Below, piece by piece: positions 10,284 through 19,767 of a stretch of DNA of 64,000 nucleotides. The stretch's first letter is position 1. Every line of letters begins with the position of its first letter. The stretch lies in the IMG/VR virus record IMGVR_UViG_3300028920_000029, positions 32,001 through 96,000 of that record; one strand, written 5' to 3'. Below the pieces are notes generated by a model, which saw only the letters and a program-made list of their open reading frames with translations, had not been told where the DNA came from and made no database searches. The DNA is from a virus. The translations under genes were made by a program, and so were the position numbers.

Positions 10284-11909
10284 ATGTACATTGAGAAAAA
10301 TCAGCCACAGATGAGTTCAAGATCAAAAAATATAATTAAGAACTCTCAGGCTTCTACTCCTGCAAATGTATTACGCAGGGAAGCGGCTATAGGTACTAGC
10401 GCTATGAGTCCTGGAGTTTTAGGTGCGGTTAACAGTGGTCCAGTTTTACGTATGGCTATGAAGCCGTTCTCTCCACTATACCAAGAATCTAACCTCATGC
10501 TTCCAAAAGATAGGAAGACCATGAACGCTTATAATAGACATTACTATGAAACGGACTACTGGGTAGGCAATGCTATAGAACTACATACAACCTTCCCGTT
10601 GGGAGGGTTTCAGATAATTTCAAGGCACAAAGAAATAGAAAAAGTGTTTAACAAGATGGCAAAAAAGATAGACTTATATAATATACTATTGGCAGTTGGT
10701 TTGGAATATTGGATATACGGAGAGTCATTCCCATTCTTAGAGTGGGATGAGACAGAAGGAATGTGGTATAGGGCAACCGTATTTAATCCAGACCTTATTG
10801 AAGTACGTAGGACTCCGTTCTCTAACAAATCAATAATATCACTTATACCAGATTCAGAACTTAAACGAATAGCGACATCGACTCACCCCTCTGACCAGGT
10901 ATTACGTTCGCAGATATCGCCGAAGATTCTCGATTACGTCCTAAAGGGTGAGTCGATTCCTTTAAACTTTAGAAACGTTGCTCACGTAGTTAGAAAGACG
11001 GTCCACCATGACGTTAGAGGAACATCTATTATTCAGCGTGTTTGGAAAGAGCTTATGCTTAGAGACGCTATGAGAGAGGTTCTTTTTGTTATGGCGCAGA
11101 ACCACATAACTCCGTTAAAGATATTTAGGATTGGAGGGAAGGAGAAAGATTACTTCCCGACGGATGATGAACTTGAGTACTGGCAGGGTATAGTTGAGGA
11201 AGCTCAGAACGACCCGAACTACTCAATTGTTACTCACGAAGCTTTCGATGTAGAGTATAAAGGTTTTACTGGGCAGGTCCTTGACGTTACACAATACTTA
11301 AAGCTTATAGAAGATCACGTTCTTCAGGGTCTTGGAGTTACTAAGGCTATCATTTCTGCCGAGGGTGTTGCTTATGCTAATGCTTCTGTAGCGTATGAAA
11401 TTCTACAGAAGAGATACTCATATGTTAGAAACGTTATGTCTCAATGGCTTATCAATAAGGTATTTATGCCAGTGTCCATCGCACACGGATTTAAAGATAA
11501 GCGTGGGGGATATATAGTTCCTATGATTAAGTGGGACAACATATCCTTTACTAAGGATGGAGATTGGAGAAGGATGATTGTTGACCTTAATAAGTCTAAA
11601 AAGGTATCTGATAGAACACTCATTACTGAAGTTGGTCTTGACTACGACGAAGAGCAGGAGCTAGTAATTAAAGAACAAGTAGCGGCCAAACTTAAGAAGG
11701 AAAATATAAAAGCTATGCAGGATCAGGCCGAAAGCGGAGGTCTTGGGGACCTTGGCGGTATGGGAGGCGGAATGGATCTTGGTGGCGGCATGGGAGGAAT
11801 GGGCGGAGGAATGTCTGACCTAGGAGACTTAGGAGAGGGATTTGCTGGCGAAGGTGGAGAAGTTCCTTCAGGAGAAATGGGAGGCGGCGAGGAACTCGGC
11901 GCTCCATAA
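10284..11909 (+). CDS. Portal protein
   Basis: Follows terL; EYWIYGESFPF, RGTSIIQRV and SAEGVAYANASVA portal-type motifs; Gly/Met/Glu-rich tail. Confidence 0.88.
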   Translation: MYIEKNQPQMSSRSKNIIKNSQASTPANVLRREAAIGTSAMSPGVLGAVNSGPVLRMAMKPFSPLYQESNLMLPKDRKTMNAYNRHYYETDYWVGNAIELHTTFPLGGFQIISRHKEIEKVFNKMAKKIDLYNILLAVGLEYWIYGESFPFLEWDETEGMWYRATVFNPDLIEVRRTPFSNKSIISLIPDSELKRIATSTHPSDQVLRSQISPKILDYVLKGESIPLNFRNVAHVVRKTVHHDVRGTSIIQRVWKELMLRDAMREVLFVMAQNHITPLKIFRIGGKEKDYFPTDDELEYWQGIVEEAQNDPNYSIVTHEAFDVEYKGFTGQVLDVTQYLKLIEDHVLQGLGVTKAIISAEGVAYANASVAYEILQKRYSYVRNVMSQWLINKVFMPVSIAHGFKDKRGGYIVPMIKWDNISFTKDGDWRRMIVDLNKSKKVSDRTLITEVGLDYDEEQELVIKEQVAAKLKKENIKAMQDQAESGGLGDLGGMGGGMDLGGGMGGMGGGMSDLGDLGEGFAGEGGEVPSGEMGGGEELGAP

Positions 11910-11928
11910 TAATAGGAGGTAATACAAC

Positions 11929-12321
11929 ATGGCAATAATCAATCAGAGGTATAAGACAGTTATAACAGATGATTTGAGTACGGACCCGCAGGTTACTCAG
12001 GAAGTTAACTATACGAACTCAAACTATGACAACCACATAACTAAGACCATTACAGCTAGTTCATCTGGGGACGGCGCTATATCTAGCAACACTCCAGTAA
12101 GCATTATAAATGAGTCTAGTGATGCACGGTATGTTATTATTAACAGTACAAAGAAGGTACACCTGTATCTTAACTCGGCTACGTCTCCGACAGTAACAGG
12201 AACTAACCAGGATTTATCGGCTACGTTCATGGTACTGGACGGTAACATAAATGAGGTGTGGGCGGTTAACACCGACACTGACGGGAACTCGGCCTACATT
12301 AAGGTGGTATACGTTTATTAA
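11929..12321 (+). CDS. Small beta-rich virion protein
   Basis: AGGAGG RBS; Thr/Ser/Asn-rich beta-type sequence in the head module. Confidence 0.6.
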   Translation: MAIINQRYKTVITDDLSTDPQVTQEVNYTNSNYDNHITKTITASSSGDGAISSNTPVSIINESSDARYVIINSTKKVHLYLNSATSPTVTGTNQDLSATFMVLDGNINEVWAVNTDTDGNSAYIKVVYVY

Positions 12322-12332
12322 GGAGGTAGTGG

Positions 12333-12545
12333 ATGGGTAGCAGAAAGAAAGGTAAGAATAGACATAATCCCAGAGTTGGGCGATTTAAAGTTCTTGATCT
12401 GGTCTCTATGGCTAACATTACTTTTGGCAGCGATGACTTTAAAAAGTATGCCGCAGCTTACGCCAAAGGTAAGAACACGACAGTTGAAGCCTTATCGAAA
12501 CCTGAACTTTTATCGCTGTATCAGAAGTATTTGGGAGGACAATAA
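12333..12545 (+). CDS. Small basic hypothetical protein
   Basis: AGGAGG RBS; operon spacing. Confidence 0.6.
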   Translation: MGSRKKGKNRHNPRVGRFKVLDLVSMANITFGSDDFKKYAAAYAKGKNTTVEALSKPELLSLYQKYLGGQ

Positions 12546-12548
12546 TAC

Positions 12549-13430
12549 ATGAAACTTAATAGGCGCATAGTATTTGCTAAAGGAAAGTTCTATATAAAGA
12601 ACATTACCGTTCCAATGATACATGAGTATTACAACTCAGTACTTCCAAGAATGGAATCTGAGTTGGAGGATAACAAACTATATCTTCTTAATGGTGTAGA
12701 GGCTGTTAAGACTTTAAAAGATAACGAACCTTTTGTTATGGTACACGTCTCTCCGTTACGTGGAGTAGGTGATAGTGTTTTCAAACCAATAGTTAAAGAG
12801 TTTATATCTACTGTTCAGGGTATGCCAGATATAGATAGTCTTCAGGTATACTTTGATGGTAATAGAGGATATAAGATATGTCCGTATTTTGGAGGACCCA
12901 AACGTATGTCTGATAGCAACTCAGCGCTAACTGAGCTACTTAATCCACTGTTCACTAAATATGTTGATAAGGTTCGTTCTACAGTAAATGTGCCAAATCA
13001 GCGCGTAACTTTACCTTACTCCATAAATAAAGACACGGGTCTTGCGCAGATACCAGTTAAAGATTTAGATACATTTAACGCGGAAGATGCCAAGATTACA
13101 AACTATACTAAGGCTAGCTACGTTATGCTGCCAGAGTCAGAAAGCGAAGTTCCAGCTATAGGTATAGACTTTGATAACACTCTCTTTCTTCCTTATGGTG
13201 AAGACTATTATTCTGGAGAGCTAAATGAAAGTGTAGCTGAGTTAGCTATCTATGCTAAGAAGGCAGGTTATAAAGTTATAATATTAACCGCCAGGGTAGT
13301 TAACCATCCAGAAGACATCGATTTCATAGCTAAGTTTTTGGAAGCGCACGGGGTTCCATTCGATGAGATTACACCCATAAAGAAGCCAGAGATTGAGATA
13401 ATAATTGATGACAAGGCTGTAGCGCCGTAA
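12549..13430 (+). CDS. Degenerate LigD-polymerase/AEP-like domain fused to a HAD-family phosphatase
   Basis: N-terminal IHEYYNSVLP, FDGNRGYKI and LPYSINKDTGL resemble AEP/LigD-Pol; C-terminal IGIDFDNTL, IILTAR, KKP and IIIDDKA match HAD motifs I-IV. Confidence 0.65.
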   Translation: MKLNRRIVFAKGKFYIKNITVPMIHEYYNSVLPRMESELEDNKLYLLNGVEAVKTLKDNEPFVMVHVSPLRGVGDSVFKPIVKEFISTVQGMPDIDSLQVYFDGNRGYKICPYFGGPKRMSDSNSALTELLNPLFTKYVDKVRSTVNVPNQRVTLPYSINKDTGLAQIPVKDLDTFNAEDAKITNYTKASYVMLPESESEVPAIGIDFDNTLFLPYGEDYYSGELNESVAELAIYAKKAGYKVIILTARVVNHPEDIDFIAKFLEAHGVPFDEITPIKKPEIEIIIDDKAVAP

Positions 13431-13447
13431 GGCAGGAAGGAGGTTTT

Positions 13448-14203
13448 ATGGTTACTGCGGAGAAGTTTACTCCGAAGAAACTCAAAATTCTAAATAAAGT
13501 AGTTAGTTTGTGCGCAAAAGGAATGTCCAAACGAGGTATAGACGCAAAGCTTGGTGTGGACAGAAGTACTATCAGGTATGACTTTGTAAGCTCCTATAAT
13601 GTAACATTTGATTATGCTAACAAAGTTTCTCAGGATGTTCTAAAGCATAAGCTTACGTATCTTGATGTAAAATCTAAGTATGGTAGAAAAGGCTTAACTG
13701 CATTGTGGCACTTTCATGTGTTATTAGAGCAGAATAGGTATCTAAAGTTAGGTACAAAAGTTAAGGACTTTAGGGAGAAGGGTTTATCGTTTGGCGAGAT
13801 CGGTAAGAAGTTAAACTTGTCTTATACATCTACCAACATGGCTTATAGAAAGCTAATGAATGTTACAAGGACTGGAAACGTTCACTGCGATAAGGGAGAA
13901 AAGTTGGCCAAAAAAGTGTTGAGTCTCTATGCGGAAGGAAAGACGATAAAAGAAATAGCTAAGACAGTAAAACGTACAGAGGCTCATATAAGGTCTACAC
14001 TCAGGGAAAAGTTTGGTATAGCTATTAAACCAACTAAGTACAATCTTACTGACGCAGATTTGGGAAAGCTGCATAAATTACGTGGTAAGCTTTCCTGGGC
14101 AGAGTTAGCGTATGTTTTTTCTGTACCACGACAGTCTTTACAATATCAGTATAGTAGGTATCTAGCCGAAAGGAGGCATACAAATGCCAAAGAAAAAAAG
14201 TAA
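13448..14203 (+). CDS. Multi-HTH DNA-binding protein
   Basis: Four HTH-like segments (GMSKRGIDAKLGV, GLSFGEIGKKLNL, GKTIKEIAKTV, LSWAELAYVFSV); very basic. Confidence 0.75.
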   Translation: MVTAEKFTPKKLKILNKVVSLCAKGMSKRGIDAKLGVDRSTIRYDFVSSYNVTFDYANKVSQDVLKHKLTYLDVKSKYGRKGLTALWHFHVLLEQNRYLKLGTKVKDFREKGLSFGEIGKKLNLSYTSTNMAYRKLMNVTRTGNVHCDKGEKLAKKVLSLYAEGKTIKEIAKTVKRTEAHIRSTLREKFGIAIKPTKYNLTDADLGKLHKLRGKLSWAELAYVFSVPRQSLQYQYSRYLAERRHTNAKEKK

Positions 14204-15323
14204 CGCAAGGCTTACTACAAGGGACAAAGAGATCATTCATGCTTTAAAGAACAAAGGTAATTCTGTAGATGAAATTGCGGAGTTTTTGGAAATCTCAAAG
14301 AAGCGCGTAGAGATGGTTTTGAAGACGTTTGAGCCCTCAGATGTACTAGATACGTTTAAGACATCGTATCAGGAAAAGGTAGAGCAGATTGAGGATTTTG
14401 AAAGGATACTTCAGAACAAGAAAGACAGTGCCGACAAAGGAAAAGAGATATGGGAGATAATGAAAAAGAAGCATGTCGACTATAAGGCCAGTTGGGAGGC
14501 AGACAGCAAGGCAACATTTAACTTTAAGCAAAGGAATATATGCTTAGCGTTGGTAGCGGACTTCCATATAGGCCACGAGGGAGTAGATCTTGAGAGGTTG
14601 GAACAGGACCTAAGGTTACTGGCGAAGACACCTAATATGTATATGGCGTTTTTAGGAGACTCGATAGATAACTTTATTGATTTAGAACATAGAGAGGCCA
14701 TGATTAACGCAGTTACATCTCCTAAGGAGCAGCTATATATGTTGCTGCATATGTTTAAAAACATACTTAAGGAGCCTAGTCATAAGATATTGTTTGCCAC
14801 AAAGGATAATCACGTTACTCACAGAAACAAAAAGAATACTGGTATAGACTGGTCGAATAAGTTATGGAGTGACATGAATGTTTTTTATGGCGGTGAGGAG
14901 GTTTTGGCTACACTTAACGTAGGTAAGGTTTCCTATAAGCTATTGGCTCGCCACAAGTATAGAGGTAAGTCAAATATACATTTGACTGCCAGTTGTAAGA
15001 ACCTACTTAAGAATGGTAGATATGAGGATGTTGATATTGTGGGGTTGGCTCATACACATGAGGGTGCCGTGGAAAACTTCAGCTATAGAGGTAGGTCTAG
15101 GGTAGCATGTCAGACAAGTACCTATAAGTTGTTTGATCCGTATGCCGCTAAGTTGGGGTTTGATAAGCCTAACATATACATGCCGTGTGTAATACTTTCT
15201 CCAGACGAGAAGGAGTATGTTACATGTACAAGTATAAAGAAGGGCGCAGAGATGATTACAAAAATGAACGCGGGACCAGAATGTAAGTGTAAAACTAGAA
15301 GAAAAGTTAAAAGGAGAAAATAG
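14184..15323 (+). CDS. HTH plus calcineurin-like metallophosphoesterase
   Basis: ADFHIG, LGDSIDN, DNH, RH and AHTH motifs; N-terminal HTH (NSVDEIAEFLEIS). Confidence 0.8.
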   Translation: MPKKKSNARLTTRDKEIIHALKNKGNSVDEIAEFLEISKKRVEMVLKTFEPSDVLDTFKTSYQEKVEQIEDFERILQNKKDSADKGKEIWEIMKKKHVDYKASWEADSKATFNFKQRNICLALVADFHIGHEGVDLERLEQDLRLLAKTPNMYMAFLGDSIDNFIDLEHREAMINAVTSPKEQLYMLLHMFKNILKEPSHKILFATKDNHVTHRNKKNTGIDWSNKLWSDMNVFYGGEEVLATLNVGKVSYKLLARHKYRGKSNIHLTASCKNLLKNGRYEDVDIVGLAHTHEGAVENFSYRGRSRVACQTSTYKLFDPYAAKLGFDKPNIYMPCVILSPDEKEYVTCTSIKKGAEMITKMNAGPECKCKTRRKVKRRK

Positions 15324-15324
15324 A

Positions 15325-15615
15325 ATGGGTATGTATGATTGGGTGGAGTACTCTTGTAAGTGCCCAAAGTGTGGGACCAAAGTTGATGGGTTTCAAACTA
15401 AGAGTGGGCCAAGTATGCTAAAGGTGCTTAAAGTTGGTGAGGTGGATAACTTTTACTCCTCGTGCGAAAAGTGCGGTACTTGGGTAGAGTACACCCTTAA
15501 ACCTGATTCAAAGCATTTGTATAGCATTGACGACTATACTATGTCTACTGAAAATCCACTGGCTTCAGATGATGATGCCGATGACTTTGAGGAGCCAATG
15601 GATACTCAGAGATAA
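15325..15615 (+). CDS. Zn-ribbon protein
   Basis: MGMYD start, CPKCG, FQTK and CEKCG motifs. Confidence 0.7.
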   Translation: MGMYDWVEYSCKCPKCGTKVDGFQTKSGPSMLKVLKVGEVDNFYSSCEKCGTWVEYTLKPDSKHLYSIDDYTMSTENPLASDDDADDFEEPMDTQR

Positions 15616-15710
15616 AATCTAACCGCCCGTGTGCGGGCATAATTTAAAGCTAATCGTCCCAGGTTGGGTAGCCCTGGCCTGGGACTATAAGTTCTTTCGG
15701 CTATTTTCCT

Positions 15711-15743
15711 AGTCCCCCGACAGCCTCGGGGGACTTTTTCTTT
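15711..15743 (+). terminator. Rho-independent terminator
   Basis: AGTCCCCCGA-cagcc-TCGGGGGACT 10-bp stem followed by TTTTCTTT. Confidence 0.8.
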
Positions 15744-15827
15744 CCAATCTATGCCATATTCGGTATAATTCTGTCAATTTCTTGCTACACCCAACTCCAT
15801 ATATATTATAGAGGGGAAAGGAGAGGT

Positions 15828-16088
15828 ATGTTGAATATAAGGTTTTTAAGGCGTTTAGCAGAGGGCGGTTCTTCACAGCCAGCTCCTAGTTTAGGGGATG
15901 CAACTAGTGGACCAGTTCCTACCACAGACCCAGAAGGTACTGGAGATCCAGAAAATATATCTAACAGATATAAGTATGAACGTATGTACAGTAAGATATC
16001 TTTAGATAAGCTTTTGGAGTTATATCCAGAGCTTAGTAAAAATATAAAAGATGTAAAAGATCAATACAACAGGAATTATTGGGAGTAA
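15828..16088 (+). CDS. Hypothetical protein, possibly head-internal
   Basis: AAGGAGAGG RBS; N-terminal FLRRLAE motif. Confidence 0.65.
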   Translation: MLNIRFLRRLAEGGSSQPAPSLGDATSGPVPTTDPEGTGDPENISNRYKYERMYSKISLDKLLELYPELSKNIKDVKDQYNRNYWE

Positions 16089-16091
16089 ATT

Positions 16092-16265
16092 ATGTCATTT
16101 AAAAAGATCGGGGATTCAACACTAACAAAGGTAATCAAAGAGGATGATGGGGAAGATAAGGTTATGTTAGTGTGCCCTAAATGTGGAGTTAGATACTCTT
16201 CATCAACCTGCCCAAATTGTGACGGAGGATCCAAAAAGGATGGACGCGAAAGCAAAAGCAAATAA
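16092..16265 (+). CDS. Small Zn-ribbon protein (57 aa, not in ORF track)
   Basis: GGGAG RBS; MSFKKIG...CPKCG...CPNC. Confidence 0.65.
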   Translation: MSFKKIGDSTLTKVIKEDDGEDKVMLVCPKCGVRYSSSTCPNCDGGSKKDGRESKSK

Positions 16266-18735
16266 GGTTTTGGAGTACGTAGAAACAGCCCCTAAGACGC
16301 CTACCTCAGAAGAGGTAGCAACTCTTAACCAGGCTAACGCTGAGAAGCGCGCCGAGTTTACCAACGTATTAATAGATAATATTAAGAACGGGTATGTTTC
16401 CTACGAGGACGCAGTTAAACGCGCCAAGAATTACTCCAAAAATCCTGATGACGCAAGCGTTATACTTGCCAGGATTAGCGAATACGAGTTTCCTATGCAG
16501 CGTTCAGCTAGCGAGAAATCTAAATCGGAGGTTGAGAATATGGATCCTATTGCAGAGAATCTGAATGTTCTTGCTAAAAGGTTTCCCAACTGGTCCAGGT
16601 GTCTTGGAGAAGTCCTGAAAGATGAAGGATGGATTAAAGATAGCTGGAACATGGGTACTGGAGAGCAAGCCCCGCCCGATAATACTATCGAGCAGGTGAA
16701 GAAAGAAGAAGACAACAGAATGAAGTCACAAACAAAGGAAGGTGAATCCCAGATGAAAGACAACGAGAAGAAGAAAGAAGAGCATCTTAGGGCTGACGAC
16801 AAGTCTCCTAAGAAAGAAGCAGCTGACAAGAAAGCCTGGAATTTAGGTACAGGAGATGCAGTTGATTCTAAGAAGTGGGACAAGAACGTAGACAAAGAAG
16901 AAGAGAAGAGAAAAGGCGCCGAGATTAAGGAAGGCGAAAAGGTAATGAAAGAGAACGAAAAGAAAAGAGAAGAGTACCTAAGGGCTGGATCCGAGCAGTG
17001 GAAAGTTACACTTGCTAAGGATGAGAAGAACGTTAGAAAATCAGCCTGGGAGATCAGGGATACAAAAGATGGAGACCTTGTAGTTAGGGCAACCATTGAT
17101 GACATCACTGATGGTAACGAAAAGTTTACTGATGAAGCTATTGCAGAAGCTACTTCAGAAGACTTCGGAAACCTTATCACAGAAAATCTTGGAGAGCACG
17201 GCTTGGAAGCTGTTGCTAAAACACTTCTTGGTGACGACCTTACCAAGTATGCTATGGCAGAAGAAGGTTCAATTGATCAGTCCAACAAGGACACATCAAT
17301 GTTTAACGTAAAAAACTATGGTGCTACCCAGGGTAAGGGTGGAAAGGACATAGATTTTGGTAAGACAGAAGTTAAAGAAGGCGGAGAAGCAGGTAAGCAC
17401 GTTGATGCAGAAAACAAAGTATCAATGGAAAAGATCGCTTCTCAGTACTTTGCATACAGGGGTATCTTTGCTGACCTTAAGGATACAGTTTCAGAGTTTG
17501 CTAAAAAGGCTGAATCAAAGTCAGTTAGCGAGCTCGTTAAGAAAGCAGAAGATATGCTTGACGGCGTTAAGACAATGATAGACGAAGGAGCTCCAGAAGG
17601 AGATATTATAGAGCCATTAGCTGATGCAGGTTCTTCACTTAATCAGCTTAATGACATCTCATCTCTGATCGCAGAAGCTAAGGGTATGACTGACGACCCA
17701 GCTTTGGCTGAGCTTCTTGATAAAATAGAGGCTGCAGCTGCTCCAGCAGCAGACGTAGCTATAGAAGGAGAAGTAGAAATAGAATCATCTGACGCTCCTG
17801 CAGAGGAAGAAGCTTCTGAAGAAGAGAAGGAAGAAAAGGAAGAGGAAGAAGTAGACGAAACAGTTGAAGCAGCAAACTCACTGAAGAACAAACTCAAAAA
17901 GATGGCTGCTGGTAAAGACTCAAAAGACTATGACATTCCTCAGACTCACAACATTCAGAAAGATTTCCACGGCGGAGAAAAAGGAATACAGCAGGATGGA
18001 GCTAAGTTCCATAACATATGGGAAGTAGCAAAAGAAATAGACGCTATCGGCGGAAAGAAAGCTGCTGGTAAGCTGTCATCCATGCTTGCAAAGATAAAGA
18101 AAATCGCAGAAGAAAAGGGCGTAGATCCTAAGAAGTACTTCGATTCAATATTCGGAGATCCTAAAGCTACAAAAGAGTACCTAGCACCTAACTCAGTTGA
18201 CGGAGTTATGAGCGAATGGAACGCAGCTACAAAGGACAGCACTTCACAGTCTTACGCTAACTTAATAACAAAAGTAAAGAAAGCATATTGGGCAGCCCAG
18301 GACATGGTTAAGAGGGGTATGCTTAAAGAATCAAAAGAAGAGATCGATTCTCAGGTTGATAGGTTCATAAACATGGACGAAAAGAACATGGAGAACTATC
18401 TTGAAAGCCTGGAGAAGCTCTCAGCTTCCATCGATTTTGAAGATGGAAGGATCAAAGTAGCTGTTATAGACCCAGCAGAAGACAAGTTTGTTGTTAGAGG
18501 ATTTGTTGATGGTGTTCCTGTAGCAAGGTTTACTAAGGAAGACCTTAACATCTCTGGCAAGGTAACTAGAACTGCACTGAGAAGGTCAGCGGCTCTTACA
18601 AAAACAGCTCTTGAAAACGGAATGTTTGACGAAGTTTTGGCAGACGACGACGCTCTTGAATCAGTAGGCGAAACGCTTGATGGTATGAACGTTGGCGTGG
18701 AAGAAACCAAACTTACAAACATAAACGATTTTTAA
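16240..18735 (+). CDS. Scaffold/core-like head assembly protein
   Basis: Highly charged, helical and acidic; directly upstream of the decoration and capsid genes; many K/R-x-A motifs. Start moved to ATG 16240 (GGAGG RBS) from the track's 16183. Confidence 0.65.
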   Translation: MDAKAKANKVLEYVETAPKTPTSEEVATLNQANAEKRAEFTNVLIDNIKNGYVSYEDAVKRAKNYSKNPDDASVILARISEYEFPMQRSASEKSKSEVENMDPIAENLNVLAKRFPNWSRCLGEVLKDEGWIKDSWNMGTGEQAPPDNTIEQVKKEEDNRMKSQTKEGESQMKDNEKKKEEHLRADDKSPKKEAADKKAWNLGTGDAVDSKKWDKNVDKEEEKRKGAEIKEGEKVMKENEKKREEYLRAGSEQWKVTLAKDEKNVRKSAWEIRDTKDGDLVVRATIDDITDGNEKFTDEAIAEATSEDFGNLITENLGEHGLEAVAKTLLGDDLTKYAMAEEGSIDQSNKDTSMFNVKNYGATQGKGGKDIDFGKTEVKEGGEAGKHVDAENKVSMEKIASQYFAYRGIFADLKDTVSEFAKKAESKSVSELVKKAEDMLDGVKTMIDEGAPEGDIIEPLADAGSSLNQLNDISSLIAEAKGMTDDPALAELLDKIEAAAAPAADVAIEGEVEIESSDAPAEEEASEEEKEEKEEEEVDETVEAANSLKNKLKKMAAGKDSKDYDIPQTHNIQKDFHGGEKGIQQDGAKFHNIWEVAKEIDAIGGKKAAGKLSSMLAKIKKIAEEKGVDPKKYFDSIFGDPKATKEYLAPNSVDGVMSEWNAATKDSTSQSYANLITKVKKAYWAAQDMVKRGMLKESKEEIDSQVDRFINMDEKNMENYLESLEKLSASIDFEDGRIKVAVIDPAEDKFVVRGFVDGVPVARFTKEDLNISGKVTRTALRRSAALTKTALENGMFDEVLADDDALESVGETLDGMNVGVEETKLTNINDF

Positions 18736-18744
18736 TTTTAGTAG

Positions 18745-18844
18745 TGCCCCGACTCCCTAGCGGAGTCGGGTCGCTCCCCTGCGGCACAATGTCGCCTTAT
18801 GAGGATAACACGGAGCGAACCTGACGAAGTAAAGGGTAAGGGCA
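18745..18844 (+). ncRNA. Structured intergenic/leader RNA upstream of the capsid genes
   Basis: Stems CCCGACTCC/GGAGTCGGG, TCGCTCC/GGAGCGA and GCGGCA/TGTCGC, with possible closing TGCCC/GGGCA; GC-rich in an AT-rich genome. Confidence 0.5.
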
Positions 18845-18869
18845 ATAAAGACTTTAAAGTCTTTATAAT
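18845..18869 (+). promoter_or_regulatory. 22-bp perfect palindrome overlapping a TATAAT -10 box
   Basis: ATAAAGACTTTAAAGTCTTTAT (18845-18866) is self-complementary; TATAAT at 18864-18869; AGGAGG RBS follows. Confidence 0.55.
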
Positions 18870-18891
18870 ATTTATTAGGAGGAATGTCTAG

Positions 18892-19752
18892 ATGGCTTAT
18901 TTAAGACCGTTACAGACACTGGATAAACCAGTCAGCTACACACTTGGCACAAGCCAAACAGTGTACAGAGGACAGGTAGTTACACTACTTGCTTCTGACG
19001 GCCTTGCTTACGGAACATATTCGTCAGGCAATGCTATGGTAGCAGGTTTATCTATCGACAACAACGCTTCCAGTATCTATGAAAAGTTAATTGCTACGTA
19101 CACAACGTCAATTACACTTGATGCAACAGGTTCTGGAACAGCATCAACAATCTCAACAGGTAAGGTTTTTAAAGGTTCAGACATGGGTGCTACAGGATTC
19201 GACTCTCTTACGGGTTGGACCGTTACTCACAAAGGACCTTCAGAATCAACTTACACTGCCGTAGATGACACATCTACGTGGTATGCTGCTACTGACGTTT
19301 CTGCAGGAACAATCGCTGTTACATCGGTTAACTCAACTGGTGACGCGACTGGCGCAGGATCAATTCAGGTTACAGCAGTTCTTGACATTTTAAAGTCAGG
19401 AGACGGATTTACATCCGTAGAGGACCAGTTTGACAACAGTACTTCTGGTTCTGGAAAGACAACTGTTTATTGGAGTGAAGGTATCTACGAAACTGACCAG
19501 TATGATCCTAACGTATCCTACTCAGTAGGAGCACCACTCTATGTTAAAGGCGACGGAACACTCGTTGCTGGAACAGAAAGCGCCGTATTAAAAGATGCTG
19601 ACGGAGACCTTGTAGTTGGACAGGTGCTTAGAGCACCATCGTTAACACTCACTGCGGAAACCAGAGTAACATCTGGAGAATCGAACCCGAAACCAGAATC
19701 GCTTCAATTTTTCTTTAGGAAACCTGTTACACAGGTTACTTCCTTAGCGTAA
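18892..19752 (+). CDS. Capsid decoration/cement protein
   Basis: Immediately upstream of the major capsid gene; C-terminal SGKTTVYWSEGIYETDQYD...YSVGAPLYV pattern typical of decoration proteins. Confidence 0.7.
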   Translation: MAYLRPLQTLDKPVSYTLGTSQTVYRGQVVTLLASDGLAYGTYSSGNAMVAGLSIDNNASSIYEKLIATYTTSITLDATGSGTASTISTGKVFKGSDMGATGFDSLTGWTVTHKGPSESTYTAVDDTSTWYAATDVSAGTIAVTSVNSTGDATGAGSIQVTAVLDILKSGDGFTSVEDQFDNSTSGSGKTTVYWSEGIYETDQYDPNVSYSVGAPLYVKGDGTLVAGTESAVLKDADGDLVVGQVLRAPSLTLTAETRVTSGESNPKPESLQFFFRKPVTQVTSLA

Positions 19753-19767
19753 TAGGAGGAAAGTATA

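Noticed and set aside
11730-11900. GGM-rich tail resembling the GroEL C-terminus
   Set aside because: It is the low-complexity tail of the portal ORF; there is no chaperonin sequence.
18821-18850. Hammerhead ribozyme core (CTGACGA)
   Set aside because: No stem II followed by GAAA in the required position.
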